A stretch of DNA of 30,074 nucleotides from a virus (lineage: Duplodnaviria; Caudoviricetes), in IMG/VR virus record IMGVR_UViG_3300032320_002211, positions 1 through 30,074 of that record. One strand, 5' to 3'. The notes beneath the pieces were generated by a model. The model was not told where the DNA came from, searched no databases, and saw only the letters and a program-made list of their open reading frames with translations. Made by a program: the position numbers and the translations under genes. Of the stretch, positions 28,556 to 30,074 are shown piece after piece (position 1 is the stretch's first letter; each line of letters starts with the position of its first letter).

Positions 28556-28754
28556 GTTTGGCAGCAGCAAGGATCAGATCCAGCAGCAGCAGGGCAACGA
28601 CTGCCTTCCAAAAACCGAGGGCAGTGATTCCGAACCAACCCAGGACCAGGACCAGCAACCATGCCTTAAGGGCAAGCACAGCAACCCCCACCAGCAGGAG
28701 ACCGAAGGCAGTGCCTGCGATGGTTGCGATCTTAAGTGCTTTGGTTTTGGTCAT
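28545..28754 (-). CDS. Small membrane protein (69 aa)
   Basis: Long hydrophobic stretches flanked by Lys/Arg. GGAG SD and own promoter. Confidence 0.8.
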   Translation of the reverse strand: MTKTKALKIATIAGTAFGLLLVGVAVLALKAWLLVLVLGWFGITALGFWKAVVALLLLDLILAAAKRAN

Positions 28755-28783
28755 CGGGGTTGCTCCCTTTGGTTGATGTGTGT

Positions 28784-28841
28784 ATTGTAGACCCTATGGG
28801 GTTCCCTGCTAGGGGTGCTGTGCCACTCCCTCAATTGGCAC
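28784..28841 (-). promoter_or_regulatory. Early promoter module: GTGCCA-N10-TGGCAC box + TACAAT
   Basis: Box 28841-28820, -10 at 28789-28784. Confidence 0.8.
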
Positions 28842-29724
28842 ACTGGAACCTGCCGGAGTTGAAGTTAGCATAACTGAAGACCTCACGATTCACCAGTTTG
28901 AACATACCAAACTCATTGGTCATCACATAACCTTCGGCATCAATCCGGTTGCCGTTGATGTATGCAGCAGGACCATCATTGCGGCAGAGGAACACTGCAT
29001 CTTCTTTGATAGACTTCACCAATTTCCAGAAACTGATCAGGTTGGGATTCTCAAAGTCATCAGGATTCACTTCCCGACCTTCACGAATACAGGCATTCAG
29101 TTGCTGTTGAATTTGTGCCGAAACTTTAGGGGTCACAAACTCTACACCCAGTGCCATCACCTTAGCAAACTTGCACACCTCTTTAAGGTCTGCAAAGTAT
29201 TCGGCACCTGCGAAGATTGATGCTGTAGGTTGCACAAACTTAACGTGGGGGGTATCAGTCCAGATCGAACGATCAGGCATTGCTACTGCGTCACGTAGGT
29301 CGCTCTCAGCATAATAACAGGTATGCGGTGCGATGATAATGTTTTGATCAATCGTCTCAGGGAACAAATAAGTGATCGTATTGGGAGTGTACTCACAAAG
29401 TCCACCGAACCCGATGAAGTCTCCCTGATAGATTGTCTTCACACGGGGAAGATGATCAAAGCAGCAGTGTAGAATCTGTGCCACGTTTCCGTCGTGGTTA
29501 GCATCAATGTCCTCATGCGATTCGTTGATCTTGATTTTAACTTTGTTAAAGACACTTTTGGTGCCCACAAAGAAGTTGCCGGTTGCAGGATTCGTGCCCC
29601 AGACAATAGCAGGAGCACCATCAATCTTAACACTGAGATGACCAGGATTCACGAACCAATCTAACACGGAGAGATCACCGGTTAGAATAGAATCTTCGGG
29701 GTGTTGCAGGTGGGTGTTTTTCAT
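28831..29724 (-). CDS. DUF6267-like protein with ligase/nucleotidyltransferase-type motifs (297 aa)
   Basis: KNTHLQHPED, SVKIDGAPAIVWG (KxDG), YQGDF, PNTITY, EGYV, FKLVNR..FS.ANF. Start re-assigned to ATG 29724. Confidence 0.8.
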   Translation of the reverse strand: MKNTHLQHPEDSILTGDLSVLDWFVNPGHLSVKIDGAPAIVWGTNPATGNFFVGTKSVFNKVKIKINESHEDIDANHDGNVAQILHCCFDHLPRVKTIYQGDFIGFGGLCEYTPNTITYLFPETIDQNIIIAPHTCYYAESDLRDAVAMPDRSIWTDTPHVKFVQPTASIFAGAEYFADLKEVCKFAKVMALGVEFVTPKVSAQIQQQLNACIREGREVNPDDFENPNLISFWKLVKSIKEDAVFLCRNDGPAAYINGNRIDAEGYVMTNEFGMFKLVNREVFSYANFNSGRFQCAN

Positions 29725-29730
29725 GCTGTT

Positions 29731-29789
29731 AGTATGGCACGGAATCGGGGGGAAAGTCAACCCGTAGTGGACAGTTAGGCAACTGGCAC
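29731..29789 (-). promoter_or_regulatory. Early promoter module: GTGCCA-N10-TGTCCAC box + TTGACT-N18-TGn-CATACT
   Basis: Box 29789-29767, -35 at 29760-29755, -10 at 29736-29731. Confidence 0.8.
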
Positions 29790-29999
29790 ATCAGATGCAG
29801 ATTCTAACAAATCAGCAACAAGTTCTTCACCATAAAGTTCTTTAATCTCGCCTAGAATCTCATCTTCAGTATAAGTCTTGTACTCATTGAGGAGTAGATC
29901 ATAGACCATACTTTCAAGGGATTCTACATCGAGTCCCTCCACAATCTGGGAAACGTAGTTCTCAACGAATTGGTTGAATTGTTCTTTGGTGAGTGTCAT
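29775..29999 (-). CDS. Small acidic helical hypothetical protein (74 aa)
   Basis: Y...IVEGLD..SL...VYD.L...Y......EI..EI pattern; very E/D-rich. Coupled to the upstream ORF (TAATG). Confidence 0.85.
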   Translation of the reverse strand: MTLTKEQFNQFVENYVSQIVEGLDVESLESMVYDLLLNEYKTYTEDEILGEIKELYGEELVADLLESASDVPVA

Positions 30000-30074
30000 T
30001 AGTTAGAAGGAAAGTTGGAACAGACAGAATCACACAGAGTTTTTATCAATTCATTCTGTGCGTCAACGTATTCA
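29999..30074 (-). CDS. 3' end of a hypothetical protein (partial)
   Basis: ...EYVDAQNELIKTLCDSVCSNFPSN* with its stop overlapping the next ATG. Confidence 0.65.
   Translation of the reverse strand, partial: EYVDAQNELIKTLCDSVCSNFPSN

Noticed and set aside
26841-28790. Overlapping ORFs in the GC-rich zone (26941-27612 +, 27612-27989 +, 26902-27132 -, 28420-28662 - and others)
   Set aside because: Expected from low stop density. They cross promoter modules, and the promoter-leader-ATG pattern defines a consistent alternative gene set.
28534-29789. TGGCAC as a sigma54 -24 element, or the box as an NtcA/CRP site
   Set aside because: There is no TTGC -12 at the right spacing and cyanobacteria lack sigma54. 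Half-sites and spacer do not match GTA-N8-TAC or TGTGA-N6-TCACA.
1-30074. tRNA genes, introns/inteins, integrase or transposase, DGR/retron, stop-codon recoding
   Set aside because: No cloverleaf, splice motifs, recombinase or RT seen by eye, and the long genes are intact in the standard code. No recombinase for the proposed cassettes is in this window.

Overview
Segment of a T4-like cyanomyophage genome (Kyanoviridae-type, probably a freshwater lineage). All credible genes are on the minus strand, so transcription runs right to left. (1) ~26.9-30.1 kb is a GC-rich early-type region of short genes, most with their own sigma70-type promoter. It is built from repeated modules: a TGCCA/GGACA-N10-TGGCA/TGTCC pseudo-palindrome that carries the upstream gene's stop codon, and three ~320-bp cassettes with shared leaders but unrelated ORFs. 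(2) ~24.1-26.8 kb is a cluster of an AbrB-like protein, a GT-A glycosyltransferase, two small peptides, an ATP-grasp-like protein and SAM decarboxylase (speD). (3) 1-24.1 kb is an AT-rich late structural block: gp25, gp6, giant gp7, gp8, VrlC-like protein, small virion proteins and the 5' end of neck gp13, punctuated by T4 late promoters (TATAAATA). Several small genes missing from the ORF track were read by hand, including a 56-aa NblA-like protein. Family assignments come from motif recognition and recall, not database searches.
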